In this document: piece by piece, positions 28,339 through 41,344 of the stretch
Numbering within the stretch: position 1 is the first letter of the stretch
Layout: every line of letters begins with the position of its first letter
From: Octopus sinensis
Lineage: Eukaryota
Length of the DNA stretch: 64,000 nucleotides
Assembly: GCF_006345805.1 (NCBI RefSeq)
Contig: NW_021835967.1
Span: 22,178-86,177, forward strand
Direction: 5' to 3'
The notes under the pieces: model-generated
The model's database searches: none
What the model saw: only the letters and a program-made list of their open reading frames with translations
What the model was told of the DNA's origin: nothing
Made by a program: the position numbers and the translations under genes

Positions 28339-28340
<2 letters not shown>
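28059..28340. repeat. Fold-back palindrome, ~120-bp arms around an HHR
   Basis: Arms at 28059-28179 and 28221-28340 are near-perfectly complementary; a related fragment lies at 36990-37180. Confidence 0.85.
28169..28220 (-). ncRNA. Minimal type I hammerhead ribozyme in the loop of a fold-back palindrome
   Basis: AACCAC-CUGAAGA-A-UGUC(UAAGAUGUGCU)GACA-C-GAAAC-GAUC-GUA^GUGGUU. Perfect 6-bp stem I and palindromic stem III (ACGAUCGU); the 10.1-11.1 pair is an A-C mismatch. Confidence 0.75.
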
Positions 28341-28387
<47 letters not shown>

Positions 28388-28839
28388 AATATATATACAC
28401 ACACATACATATATATCATCATCATAATCATCATCATCATCTAACGTCTGTTTTCCATGCTAGCATGGGTTGGATGGTTCAACTGGGGTCTGGGAAGCCA
28501 GAAGGCTGCACCAGGCCCAGTTTGATCTGGCAATGTTTCTACGGCTGGATGCCCTTCCTAATGCAACCACTCCATGAGTGTAGTAGTGGTGTTTTTTTAC
28601 GTGCCACCGGCGACGAGGCCAGTCGGGGCGGCGCTGGCAACGGCCACGTTCGGATGGTTTCTCTACGTGCCACCGGCACTGGTAACTCAGCTGCAATTTC
28701 CATTGATCGATTTCGATTCTGATTCTCACTTGCCTCAACAGGTCTTCACAAGTAGAGTTTTGTGTCCCAAGAAGGAAGGTATGCATAAGTGAACTGGCTA
28801 CATCCTGTGTAGAAGGCCACGGGTTATGGTCTCACTTGT

Positions 28840-29278
28840 CCTTTTACTCTGAGCGAGAGGTATTTTGTCACTAGCAGAGGTAAGAGCTCTCTGAACTTTG
28901 CCCAAGCTATTCTTACTCTAGCAGTTACACTTTCAGCACACCCGCCCCCGCTGCTGACTTGGTCACCTAGGTAACGGAAGCTATCAACTATTTCTAGTTT
29001 TTCTCCCTGGAAAGTGACAGAAGTTGGTCTCAGAGCATTTTCAGTGTTTATTGTTCCTGAGCATCTGCCACATACAAAAACTATCTTCCTAGTTAGCCTT
29101 CCTTTGACATTGCTGCACCTCTTATGTGTCCATAGCTTACACTTCGTGCATCTTATAGAGTTTGTACCTACACTTTTTCTACAGATCGAGCAGGGCCATC
29201 TACCTGAAGGCGTTTGTGATTTGTCTACCTTCCTACTTATTAGGACTTTGGTTTTAGCTAGATTGACTCTCCTGGAAG
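28840..29278 (-). mobile_element. RTE-type LINE fragment (RT C-terminal part with Cys/His-finger insertion)
   Basis: Open frame without a start codon: RVNLAKTKVL...WPCSICRKSVGTNSIRCTKCKLWTHKRCS...FVCGRC...LEIVDSFRYLGDQVSSGGGC...ARVRIAWAKFRELLPLL. Confidence 0.8.
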
Positions 29279-29623
29279 TTATTCTTTGTAAGCCCAGTAC
29301 TTATTCTATCGGTCTCTTTTGCCGAACTGCTAATTGATGGGGACGTAAACACACCAGCATCAGTTGTCAAGCAATGCTAGGGGGACAAACACAGACACAC
29401 AAACATACACGCACACATTATATATATATATACATATATACGACGGGCTTTTTTCAGTTTCCGTCTACCAAATCCACTCACAAGGCTTTGGTCGGCCCAA
29501 GGCTATAGTAGAAGATACTTACCGAAGATGCCACGCAGTGGGACTGAACCCGGAATAATGTGGTTGGTAAGCAAGCTACTTACCACACAGCCACTCCTGC
29601 ACCTATGTATATATATATATATA

Positions 29624-30023
29624 CTAGCAGTATCGCCCGGCGTTGCTCGGGTTTGTAAGGGAAATAATTATATAAGCATTTTTAGAGATGTAAAGTATAA
29701 TAGCCATCTCAATATGGCTAACCACAAAGGGGGAGGGGTGTTACTGTAGCTTTTTACGTTCTGAGATTTAATAATAAATTTTAGAGAGTTACTTCCCTTA
29801 TATATGTCAAAAATGGATTAAAAATGGGAAAAATTGATGGTAAATTTTTTTTTAAATCGTAGATTCATCGTAGACGCGCGCTAATACCCAGACGGGCTCG
29901 ATATGAATCACGACTATAAGATACCGGGTTTGGTTTTTTTTAAACTGCACCGCAAAATGTGGGAATAGTTAGGAATCTAAATCGTAGGAGACAGACACAC
30001 AACCTCACTTTTATATATAAAGA
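29624..30023 (-). mobile_element. Non-autonomous Helitron
   Basis: a|TCtttatatataaaag...cccgagcaacgccggg (3' hairpin) cgatactgCTAG|t. Confidence 0.75.
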
Positions 30024-30180
30024 TTTCCTCTATTTACATAATATTGAGGTCTCTTCTTTCTTTTGTTATCTTACTGTTTTTACCAATATACATATATATA
30101 TGTAAATATATATATAGTTACAGAGATGTACTTGCATAGCAAGTGACTTGATCTGAGATCGTGTGCTGGAACGAAAACAG

Positions 30181-30438
30181 TTGCAGCGTTGAAGGTGTTT
30201 ATAAGCCATTTAAGAAACACACAAAAACCGTTAGATTCACTTCAACATTTAAATTTAATTTGTCAAAATATTTTCGTCGCTTTGAGACCGCGACCTGTTA
30301 GCACGATATTTTTGTCAGTGAACAGGTCGCGGTCTCAAAGCGAGGAAAATATTTTGGCAAATTAAATTTAAATGTTGAAGTGAATCTAACGTTTTTTTGT
30401 GTTTCTTAAATGGCTTACAAACACCTTCCACGCTGCAA
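30181..30438. repeat. Fold-back palindrome, ~118-bp arms, 21-nt loop
   Basis: ttgcagcgttgaaggtg...cctgtt (30181-30299) mirrors aacagg...cgctgcaa (30321-30438). Confidence 0.85.
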
Positions 30439-30796
30439 ATATATATACACACATATATATATATATGTATGTATGTGTGTATATGTGTATGCATGTATGG
30501 TGTGTGTGTGCGTGTCTGTGCTTGTGATTGTCCTCCACCACTGCTTGACAACGAATGTTGGTTGTTTACATCCCTGTCACCTAGTGGTTTGACAAAGGAA
30601 ACAGATAGAATAAGTACAATGCTTACAAAAATAAAACTGGAGTTGATTCATTAAACTACAATTCTTCAAGGCATTGCCCCAGCATGGCCACAGACCAATG
30701 GCTGGAAAAAGCAGAAAAATAAAAGAATACATTCTCTGCTTTGGTCTTATGTTCAAGGCATGAGAAAGCTTGAGTTTACATGAGAAGGCCTAACAG

Positions 30797-31040
30797 ACCT
30801 GGTAGAAACAGCAGCCAAATCTCCCTCAAATCACACCTTACTGTCTTATGTATGTATATATATGAGCCAATGAGGAGGACCTCTACATGGTAGCTAGACC
30901 TGGTAGAAATAGCAGCCAAATTTCCCCCAAATCACACCTTACTGTCTTATCTATGTATATATGTATGTATGAGCCTATGAGGGAGACCCTACATGGCAGA
31001 AAAGCAGCCAAATCTCCCTCAAATCACACCTTACTGTCTT
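30797..31040. repeat. ~95-100-bp tandem triplication
   Basis: gtagaaa(c/t)agcagccaaatctccctcaaatcacaccttactgtcttat occurs three times. Confidence 0.8.
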
Positions 31041-32290
31041 ATGTATGTATATATATATATATACAAGCCACTACGGTTATTTAATGTAAAGTCTTCCTCA
31101 AATCACTCTCTTGCTATTTATTCTCTTCCAAGAACATTTTCACTCACTCTTATCTCTTAGCTCCCATACATTTTACTCATGTATCTATCAGCGTCATAGA
31201 CAGAAACAAATATTACATCGCCATCGCCATCGCATTCTATTGTCTACCTGTCAACACACACACAGTGAATTAGTTTCAGTTTATTCGTTGCACACTGTGT
31301 GTGTGCGTTTGCGTGTGCTGTAGCCCAAACTAAGAAAAGCATTTGACATATACACCACAATGTGAGTTTTCTCTAAATTTTGCTTAATTGGGGTTGAAAT
31401 TTTAAAAACCGGACCTGGCAAAACCCGATGCATTCTACTCTTAAAAATGCTAGGTAAATTGTAATTGAAGAAATCCTATATTGTAGATTTCTATAAGAGA
31501 CAAAGGGAGGCAGATAAAATCTGCCTTTTATAACAAGAGATATTGTTTTGTCTGTCGTTACGTTCTGATTTCAAATTCCGCCGAGGTCGACTTTGCCTTT
31601 CATCCTTTCGGGGGTCAATTAAATAAGTACCAGTTTTGCACTGGGGTCGATGTAATCAACTTAATCTCCTTGTCTGTCCTTGTTTGTCACCTCTATGTTT
31701 AGCCCCTTGTGGGCAATAAAGATATATATATATATACATATGTATATATATATATATATCTATTATATATATATATATATATGTATATATATGTATGTAT
31801 ATATATGTATATATATATGTATGTAATATATGTATGTATATATATGTATATATATTGTATGTATATATATGTATATGTATGTATATATATGTATATATAT
31901 ATGTATGTATTATATGTATATATATAATATGTATGTATATTATATATATATATAGATATATATAATATGTATGTATATATATGTATATATATATATGTAT
32001 GTATGTTATATATATGTATATATATAGTATGTATGTATATATATGTATATATATATATATGTATGTATATATATGTATTATATATATATTATGTATGTAT
32101 ATATATGATATATATATATGTATGTATGTATATAATGTATATATTATATATATAGTATGTATATATATGTATATTATGTATGTATGTATATATAGTATAT
32201 ATATATGTATGTATGTATATATATGTATATATATATGTATGTATGTATATATATGTATATATATATGTATGTATGTATATATATGTATAT

Positions 32291-32331
<41 letters not shown>

Positions 32332-32432
32332 TGTATATACGTGTGTATGTATGTATATATATATATGTATATGTTGTATGTATGTATATATATATATGTA
32401 TATGTATGTATGGATATATATATATGTGTATG

Positions 32433-32463
<31 letters not shown>

Positions 32464-32768
32464 ATATAATATCCTCTCTTTCTCTCTCCTTTCTTCCTCT
32501 CTCTCGCTTTCTCCTATGTCTCTATATATCTGTTTGTCTCTCTCTCTCCCTCTCTTACTCTTTTCTCTCTCTCTGTTTTTTTCTCTTCATGTAATTATGC
32601 TTATTTCTCTTTTTTCTCTCTCCTTTCTTCCTCTCTCTTTCTCACTCTAACTCTCTTCTCTGTTTTTCTCTCTCTATATATATATCTGTTTGTCTTCTCT
32701 CTCTCTCTCTCTCTGACTTTCTTCTCTGTCTCTCCATACAATTATTTGTGTGTCTGTATGTATGTATG

Positions 32769-32813
<45 letters not shown>

Positions 32814-35800
32814 TTATATATGTATATATATGGCATAGATGTATATAATGTATGTATATATATGCATTGTATATATATTATATATATATACTATATATAT
32901 ATGTATGTATAGTATGTATATATATATGTATGTATATGTCGTATTATATATATGTATGTATATATGTGTATAGATATTATATGTATATATGAGTATGATC
33001 TATATATATATATATATATTATATATAATTAGAAGAAATGAGGTAATCAGAAGATCGGATGGTTCATATTTATAGATATTTATTATAATTACATTTTTTA
33101 CATATATATATCATATCATCAGATTCATATCATTCAGATTATAGCGCTTCTCCCATTCTAGTGGGGTTTCAAATCAAATCGAATCATATATATATATATA
33201 TATATATATAATGTATGTATATATGTGTATGGATATATATATATATGTGTATGTTTGTATGTATATATATATATATGTATATGCATGTGTATATATATAT
33301 GTATGTATATATAAATGTTTGTATGTATATATGTATATGCATGTGTATATATATGTATGTATACATAAATGTTTGTATGTATATATATATATGTATATTT
33401 ATGTGTATATATATATATATATATAAATGTTTGTATCTATATATATATGTGTGTGTGTATGTGTGTTTGTCTATCTGTCAGTGAGTCTCTCTTTCTCTCT
33501 ATATATACATAATGTATGTATGTATGTATATATATATATGTATGTTTATGTATATATATGTGTATATATTTGTGTGTGCTCTAGATATCTTTTAAGTCTT
33601 TTATGTTTCATCTGTACCTTCAATTGCTGTACCAGAGAAATTCCTGCTTGTATCTGTCCCAGGAGGGTAAATTCTCCCCCCGTTTTCACATACGGAGATG
33701 AACACACAGCAATGGTAAGTTTCAAATAACCCCCCATTCTAAAAAAAAAAGGACGAAAAAAAAAAACTCGGGGTTGAAAAGTTGAAATAAAATAAAGCTA
33801 AAAGTAATAAAGAAAAAAAAAAAATTAAAGAAAATGGACTAAATTTCCTTCACATAAAAACTTGATGTCTTGCTGTACTTTCCAGCATACGAGTAAAATT
33901 TTTCAGACCAAAACTCACAGCCAGAAAAGAAAGGTGATTTTATGCACCAAGAAGACTTTGGGACCCAAAAGTTCCATTGAAATACAGCAGGGTTTTGAAA
34001 GATAGTCATGAGACTTGAGTGTTTAATGTGCTTATATGTTCTATATACTATGCGGACTGTACTAATAAAAGTACGGTAGGTAGGTAGGTAGGTAGGTCGG
34101 TAGGTAGCTGGATGGATGGACAGATAGATAGATTGATAGACGGACAGAAAAATAGATTGATAGATAGATAGAGACGGACAGAAAAATAGATAGAGAGATG
34201 GATAGAAAAATAGGTAGATAGACAGACGGGCAAAAATAGATAGATAGATAGATGGACAGACAGACGGACGGGCAGAAAAATAGGTAGATAGATAAATAGA
34301 TAGATAGATAGACAGACGGACATAAAAATAGATATATTGATAGAGAGAGAGAGAGTGACAGACTGACAGAAAAATAGGTAGGTAGATAGACAGACAGACA
34401 GAAAAACAGATAGAGAGACAGACGGGCGGGCGGGCAGGCAGAAAAATAGGTAAGTAGGTAGGTAGATAGACAGACAGACAGACAGAAAATAGATAGATAG
34501 ACAGACGGACATAAAAATAGATATATTGATAGAGAGAGAGAGAGACAGACAGACAGAAAATAGATAGATAGAAAGACAGACAGGCGGGCAAAAAAATAGG
34601 TAGATAGATAGATATGTTTCTTTATTAGCCACACAGGGCTGCACAAAGACGGAACAAATTACAAGGTACAGCTTTCTTTTGGGGATAAAAAAGGGGGTTT
34701 GGTTTTCGATCAATAGGGATCGTTATCACAGAAATGACAATATAAAGTGTAAAGGGGAGGACAGGTGAGGTTTACCCGTGGAAAGAAAAGCCTACGGAAA
34801 AGACCACGGTAACCTCGGTCAATGAAGTCACAGACAGAAAAATAGATAGATAGACAGACGGACAAAAATAGATAGACAGATAGATGGGCAGAAAAATAAG
34901 TACCTAGATAGATAGATGGACAGAAAAATAAAATAAATAGATAGACAGACAGAAATATATATATATATATAAGCGCAGGAGTGGCTGTGTGGTAAGTAGC
35001 TTGCTAACCAACCACATGGTTCCGGGTTCAGTCCCACTGCGTGGCATCTTGGGCAAGTGTCTTCTGCTATAGCCCCGGGCAGACCAATGCCTTGTGAGTG
35101 GATTTGGTAGACAGAAACTGAAAAGAAGCCCGTTGTATATATGTATATATATATGTATGTATGTGTTTGTCCCCCTAGCATTGCTTGACAACCGATGCTG
35201 GTGTGTTTACGTCCCCGTCACTTAGCGGTTCGGCAAAAGAGACCGATAGAATAAGTACTGGGCTTACAGAGAATAAGTCCCGGGGTCGATTTGCTCGACT
35301 AAAAGGTGGTGCTCCAGCATGGCCGCAGTCAAATGACTGAAACAAGTAAAAGAGAAAAAAAAAGAGTATTGCATTTTCCAGCATATAAATCAAATTTTCA
35401 GACCAAAATAAACAGTAAAAAAAAGGTAGGTCATTTTATACACTGAGACAAGCTTGGATGAACAAATGTTCCGTTCGAAATGCAACAGGCTTTTGAAAGA
35501 TAGTGACAATGCTTTGGATATTTACCCCACATCTATACACTATCTACTACATTGGCCTGCGTGCTGTCTATCTGTACCTTTGTCTCTCTCTTGTCCTCTT
35601 CATCTTTCTGTCTGTTTGTCTGCCACATTTTGTGGTATACATGTCCAATTTTTCGGACCAAAATTTAAAACCGAAAATGTGAAAAAGGCATATTGACTTC
35701 TACATGAAGACGATTTTAGAGGACCAAAAATTCCATGAGAAATGCGGCTGGATTTGGAACGATAGTGGTGGTGTTTGAATGTTTATACTAAATACTACTC

Positions 35801-36002
35801 TCTTTACTCTTTACTCCTTTACTTGTTTCAGTCATTTTGACTGCGGCCATGCTGGAGCACCGCCTTTCATCGAGCAAATCGACCCCAGGACTTATTCTTT
35901 GTAAGCCCAGTGCTTATTCTATCGGTCTCTTTTTGCCGAACCGCTAAGTGACGGGGACGTAAACACACCAGCATCGGTTGTCAAGCAATGCTAGAGGGAC
36001 AA

Positions 36003-36033
<31 letters not shown>

Positions 36034-36231
36034 CATATACATATATACGACGGGCTTCTTTCAGTTTCCGTCTACCAAATCCACTCACAAGGCATTGGTC
36101 GGCCCGGGGCTATAGCAGAAGACACTTGCCCAAGATGCCACGCAGCGGGACTGAACCCGGAACCATGTGGTTGGTTAGCAAGCTACTTACCACACAGCCA
36201 CTCCTATGTTGACTTGTATGACGAATGGATT

Positions 36232-36628
36232 TCATTCATTGTTCGACCGTGGTCAAGACAATGGAATTTACTACGTTATGCCAGACTTCACGGTCCATCA
36301 TAGCATTACAAAGGTCCTGTTGCTGGATGCCTGTATCCCTGGAGATTACATCAGGGTAGGAGAGTGTGTGCCCTCTGGTATCGCGAGCAGAATGCTTCCA
36401 GAGGAGAAGAGTAGAAATTATCTCGTTTTCAGCTCTACAACTGGACTCTCCTACCTTTCACAAGAGATGATACAGGTGGTAGTTTCCCATATATTTGTAC
36501 TTTGGTTGGATGACGCTTCCACGAGAAATTTTGAGCTCTCATAAGGAGGCAAGTGTAAGTTCCATCCAACCACCTCTCAAGCTTCTTTGATAACGTCCAG
36601 GTTTCTGAGCCATATAGTTTCTGAGGCA
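36232..36628 (-). mobile_element. 3' fragment of a LINE (RTE-like C-terminus)
   Basis: LYGSETWTLSKKLERWLDGTYTCLLMRAQNFSWKRHPT...RRVQL, ending near a short (CATT)-like tail. Confidence 0.7.
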
Positions 36629-36766
36629 GGTGGATGAATGGATAGATAGATAGATGCATATATATAATAACAAAGGGTAAAATTAATTAATGAAGGAGTA
36701 ATCAATAATTTCACCAAGTAGAGTTCGGCATGAAAAAAGGACCATTTCATGGTAAACTTAAGTAAT

Positions 36767-36956
36767 ACTTAATAATTAGGGTTCAGCAAAGATTTGCATT
36801 ACCATATACCAAAGTTGAAAACAATGTTTTCAAGTATTTTGGTTTTTCTGGGAGTCCCTTTTTAAAGTAGAAGAAATAGCTAACGTTTTTTGGCTGCTAT
36901 TTCTAAACTTCGGTATGTGGTAAAGCAAATCTTTGCCGAACCCTAATTATTAAGCA
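36767..36956. repeat. Fold-back palindrome, same family as 60078-60420
   Basis: taataattagggttcagcaaagatttgc mirrors gcaaatctttgccgaaccctaattatta. Confidence 0.7.
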
Positions 36957-37198
36957 TATATATATTAATAATAATAATAATAATAATAGTGATAATATTA
37001 GGGAGTATAACTCCAAACTTACAGGGAAAAATTCAATTTGGTATTAAATGAAATATAAATATATAATGAAGTATAAATATATAAAATATTTATAAAAATA
37101 TATTTTTTGTTTTTTATGTTTTGTTTTATGTCTATCAATGTTTGAGTTGCATAATAGTGGTTTTATCTCTAATTTATATTTTATATATATATATATAT

Positions 37199-37380
37199 AT
37201 AACGGGAAGGTTTACGAAAATAAACAAAAGACGAAGGCAGGTGGAGTACAAACAAACAAATGTATTAGTATAGCGCTCAGGAATAGAAAAAGTCTTTTAC
37301 GTTTCGAGCCTAGCTCCTCACAGAAAGATACACAGAAAAGAAACAAGGAGAGAAAAAAATGCGTGTAGGAGCTAACAGTC

Positions 37381-37423
<43 letters not shown>

Positions 37424-37586
37424 CGGAAGGTTTACAAAAATAAAACAAAGACGAAGGCAGGTGGAGTACAAACACAATGTATTTGTATAGCTCAGGAATA
37501 GAAAAAGTCTTTTACGTTTCGAGCTACGCTCCTCGACAGAAAGATACAGAAAAAAAACAAGGAAAAAAATGCGTGAGGAGCTACAG

Positions 37587-37654
<68 letters not shown>

Positions 37655-37820
37655 CGGGAAGGTTTACGAAAATAAACAAAAGACGAAGGCAGGTGGAGTA
37701 CAAACAAACAAATGTATTAGTATAGCGCTCAGGAATAGAAAAAGTCTTTTATGTTTCGAGCCTATGCTCTTTGACAGAAAGATACAGAGAAAAAAATGCG
37801 TGTAGGAGCTAACGATCTAT
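37199..37820 (-). mobile_element. Three tandem copies of a ~180-bp HHR-bearing repeat separated by (TA)n
   Basis: Copies at about 37199-37385, 37420-37590 and 37652-37820. HHR-like motifs at 37293-37328, 37508-37544 and 37745-37782; same family as 62820-63045 and 63585-63740. Confidence 0.7.
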
Positions 37821-39584
37821 CATGGGAGAAAGAGAGAGACAGATAGATAAATAGATACCACATTTTCCTGCATATTAGTCAGGTTTTACAGAAAATTTAC
37901 AGCTAAAGAGAAAGGTCAATTTTGGAGGACCCAAAATTTCATGTTGAGATGCAACAGGATTTGGAAAGAAACCAACAATGTTTGAATGCTTACACAACAT
38001 GTTTATACTGGAATTGAAGCACTCCGTCAGTTACGACGACGAGGGTTCCGGTTGATCCGATCAACGGATCAGCCTGCTTGTGAAATTAACGTGTAAGTGG
38101 CTGAGCACTCCACAGACACGTGTACCCTTAACGTAGTTCTCAGGGATATTCAGCGTGACACAGAGAGTGACAAGGCCGGCCCTTTGAAATACAGGTACAA
38201 CAGAAACAGGAAGTAAGAGTGAGAGAAAGTTGTGGTGAAAGAGTACAGCAGGGTTCACCACCATCCCCTGCCGGAGCCTCGTGGAACTTTTAGGTGTTTT
38301 CGCTCAATAAACACTCACAACGCCCGGTCTGGGAATTGAAACCGCGATCCTACGACCACGAGTTCGCTGCCCTAACCACTGGGCCATTGTGCCTCCACTA
38401 TGTTTATACTATATACTATGTTAACTGGAAAATACAGTGGATATATAGACGAATGGATAGATACATACATAGGAGCACTCTGTCGGTTGTGACGACGAGG
38501 GTCCCAGCTGATACGATCAACGGAACAGCTTGCTCACGAAATTAATGGGCAAGTGGCTGAGGACTCCACAGACACGTGTACCCTGAATGTAGTTCTCGGG
38601 GGAGATTCAGTGTGACCACAGAGTGTGACAAGGCTGGCCCTTTGAAATGCACGTACTACTCATTTTTGCCAGCTGAGTGGACTGGGGCAATGTGAAATAA
38701 AGTGTCTTGCTCAAGGACACAACGCATTGCCAGGAATTGAGCTCACGACCTTACAATCATGAGCCGAATGGCCCTAACCACTAAGCCATGCACTGTCACT
38801 ATATACATACATAGAGAGATAAATATGAGAGACCACCTTTTCCAGCATACTAGCCAAGTTTTTCTGAACAAAATTTACAGCCCCACCCCCAAGATGGGTC
38901 AACTTATACTCCAAGACGACCATAGGGAACCAAAAATTCCATTTACACTACATGTTTACATTATAAACTACATAGGCACAGGAGTGGCCCTGTGGTAAGT
39001 AGCTTGCTTACCAACCACATGGCTCCGGGTTCAGTCCCACTGCGTGACATCTTGGGCAAGTGTCTTCTACTATAGCCTCGGACCGACCAAAGCCTTGTGA
39101 GTGGATTTGGTAGACGGAAACTCAAAGAAGCCCGTCGTATATATGTATGTATATATATATATGTGTGTGCGTGTTTGTGTCTGTTTTTCCCCCTAGCATT
39201 GCTTGACAACCGATGCTGGTGTGTTTATGTCCCCGTAACATAGCGGTTCGGCAAAAGAGACCGATAGAATAAGTACTGGGCTTACAAAGAATAAGTCCCG
39301 GGGTCAATTTGCTCGACAAAAGGCGGTGCTCCAGCATGGCCACAGTCAAATGACTGAAACAAGTAAAAGAGACTTGTATGTCAGAAAATACAGCATCTCT
39401 CTCCATCTGTCTCTTTGTCTCTCTCTTGTCCTCTTCATCTTTCTTTCTGTTTTTCTTCTGCATTTTCTGGTACACAAGTGAAATTTTTCAGACCAAAATT
39501 TAGAACAAAAAAAAGAAAAGGTAGGTTGTCTTATATACTAAGACAACTTTGGAGGACCAACACTTTCATTTGAAATGCGGCAAA

Positions 39585-40086
39585 GATAATGTTCACTTAA
39601 AGAGAATAACAAGCTACATAATGCAAAATTTTTACTTTTCAAAAATTCCAATTCTAAAGGGTCGAAACAAACCCGAGCAACGCCGGGCGATACTGCTAGT
39701 ATATATATAAAGCTGAAGTTGTCTGTATATGGCAGGTTTGGTAGCCTTCAACTAACACTATCTCCTCTGAGACCCTGCGGCGCAAGTTGACCCAAAATTG
39801 AGAGTATGATAAAAGGCTTGCTCTTCCTTCCGTAGAAGAAAAAATTCAAATCGGACCATGTTAACATCAAAAATTATTTACATCAAAAAGGTGCTTTTTT
39901 TCTATGAAAATCCCTATTTTTTAACGATTTTTTGAGTGCTGTGTCGCCACTTTTCGGTGTATTTCAACCAGAAAAATGTTCACTAAAAGAGAATAACAAG
40001 CTACATAATGCAAAATTTTTACTTTTCAAAAATTCCAATTCTAAAGGGTCGAAACAAACCCGAGCAACGCCGGGTGATACTGCTAG
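39585..40086 (+). mobile_element. Head-to-tail Helitron pair (3' end plus a longer copy)
   Basis: The same ~115-bp 3' end with the cccgagcaacgccggg hairpin and CTAG ends at both 39699 and 40086. Confidence 0.75.
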
Positions 40087-40448
40087 TATATTATATTATT
40101 AAGAAAATGGAGAGATTTAATAGATATGAATTAATTTATTAACATTTTTTAATAAGTACTGCAATTGTTTCAATTCACACTCAGTACAATATGATATAAC
40201 TTGGATGAAGCCATCCCTGTAAGAGGTTTATATATCCTTGTAGTGATTATATATATATATATATATAATTATTCTACTATCTTGTTGAGCCAACCAAAGC
40301 TTTCTTCTGTTACAAGAGCAGGTAAGTTCTCCACAGGTTGGTACAGGTATTTGGTTTTTCTGGTGCTTGTAATCAGTGAATGTATTTCACTAGAATTCTT
40401 ATGTTTACAAAAGCTAGATAGCCATCTCCAACCAGCAGGCCATGCTAC

Positions 40449-40491
40449 CCCAGACTGATGATGAGCAAAGAGTCAGAAACTAGTCTCTGGG
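40449..40491 (+). ncRNA. Minimal type I hammerhead ribozyme, canonical core
   Basis: CCCAGA-CUGAUGA-UGA(GCAAAGAG)UCA-GAAAC-UA-GUC^UCUGGG. Six-bp stem I, 3-bp stem II, palindromic stem III (ACUAGU), GUC cleavage triplet at 40483-40485. Confidence 0.8.
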
Positions 40492-40990
40492 TGCAGGCTT
40501 AGCTGGGTGGAGGTGCTTGTCTCCCCTTTGTAAGTATAAGGACACAGGAAATGTGTCAAGGCTGACAGAAAGTGTTGCTGCTTCCTAGGGCTAAATAGCA
40601 GTAGTATGATTCCCTTCATGGGACTATCACATTAAGTTGACAGTATACAACTACTTTATCGTACCACTACTGCATCAATCTCTCTGAGATATTTAGAAAT
40701 GTATTATTTCAATCTTTATTTTAGCAATAGTAAATCTCCGAACGAGATATAAACAATAACTGCACGACAATGTGAGGTATACTTGCCATCTCAGTATGGC
40801 TAATCACTAAGGGTGGGTGTTGCTGTAGCTTGTAGCCCCAGGAGAACATCATCTCCAGATGGCTTTAGGCACACTTTCTGTGCCCTTATGGTATTTGCAA
40901 AGGGAGGTCATCCTTCCCTCGTCAACCTAAGTGGTACGCACGGACTGCAGTTTCTAGGTATTGACCCTTTCATCGAAAACCGGTGATTGT

Positions 40991-41035
40991 TGTACGCCGG
41001 CGACAGGTCAATACCTAGAAACTGCAGTCCGTGCG
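40991..41035 (+). ncRNA. Hammerhead-like motif, copy 1 of the 354-bp tandem element
   Basis: UGUACG-CCGGCGA-C-AGGU(CAAU)ACCU-A-GAAAC-UGCA-GUC^CGUGCG. Six-bp stem I including G-U pairs; the core deviates at positions 4 and 6. Confidence 0.6.
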
Positions 41036-41344
41036 TATCACTTAGGTTGACGAGGGAGGGATGACCTTCCTTTGCAGATACCATAAGGGCACAGAAAGTG
41101 TGCCTAAAGCCAGCAGGAGACGATGATCTCCTGGGGCTACAAGCTACAGTAACACCCACCCTTAGTAGTTAGCCATATTGAGATGGCTAGTATACCTTAC
41201 GTTGTCGTGCAGTTACTGTTTACATCTCGTTCAGAGATTTATTATTGCTTGCATACAGCTTTTCGAGATCAGTGACGAAAAGTTACTGGAAAAATGATAT
41301 AAGGATTTGCATTGGGTCTCCCTTCGTCGAAAACCGGTGATTGC

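Noticed and set aside
40316-40327. CAG|GTAAGT donor-like site
   Set aside because: No convincing upstream acceptor or exon; it may be a chance match inside a repeat.
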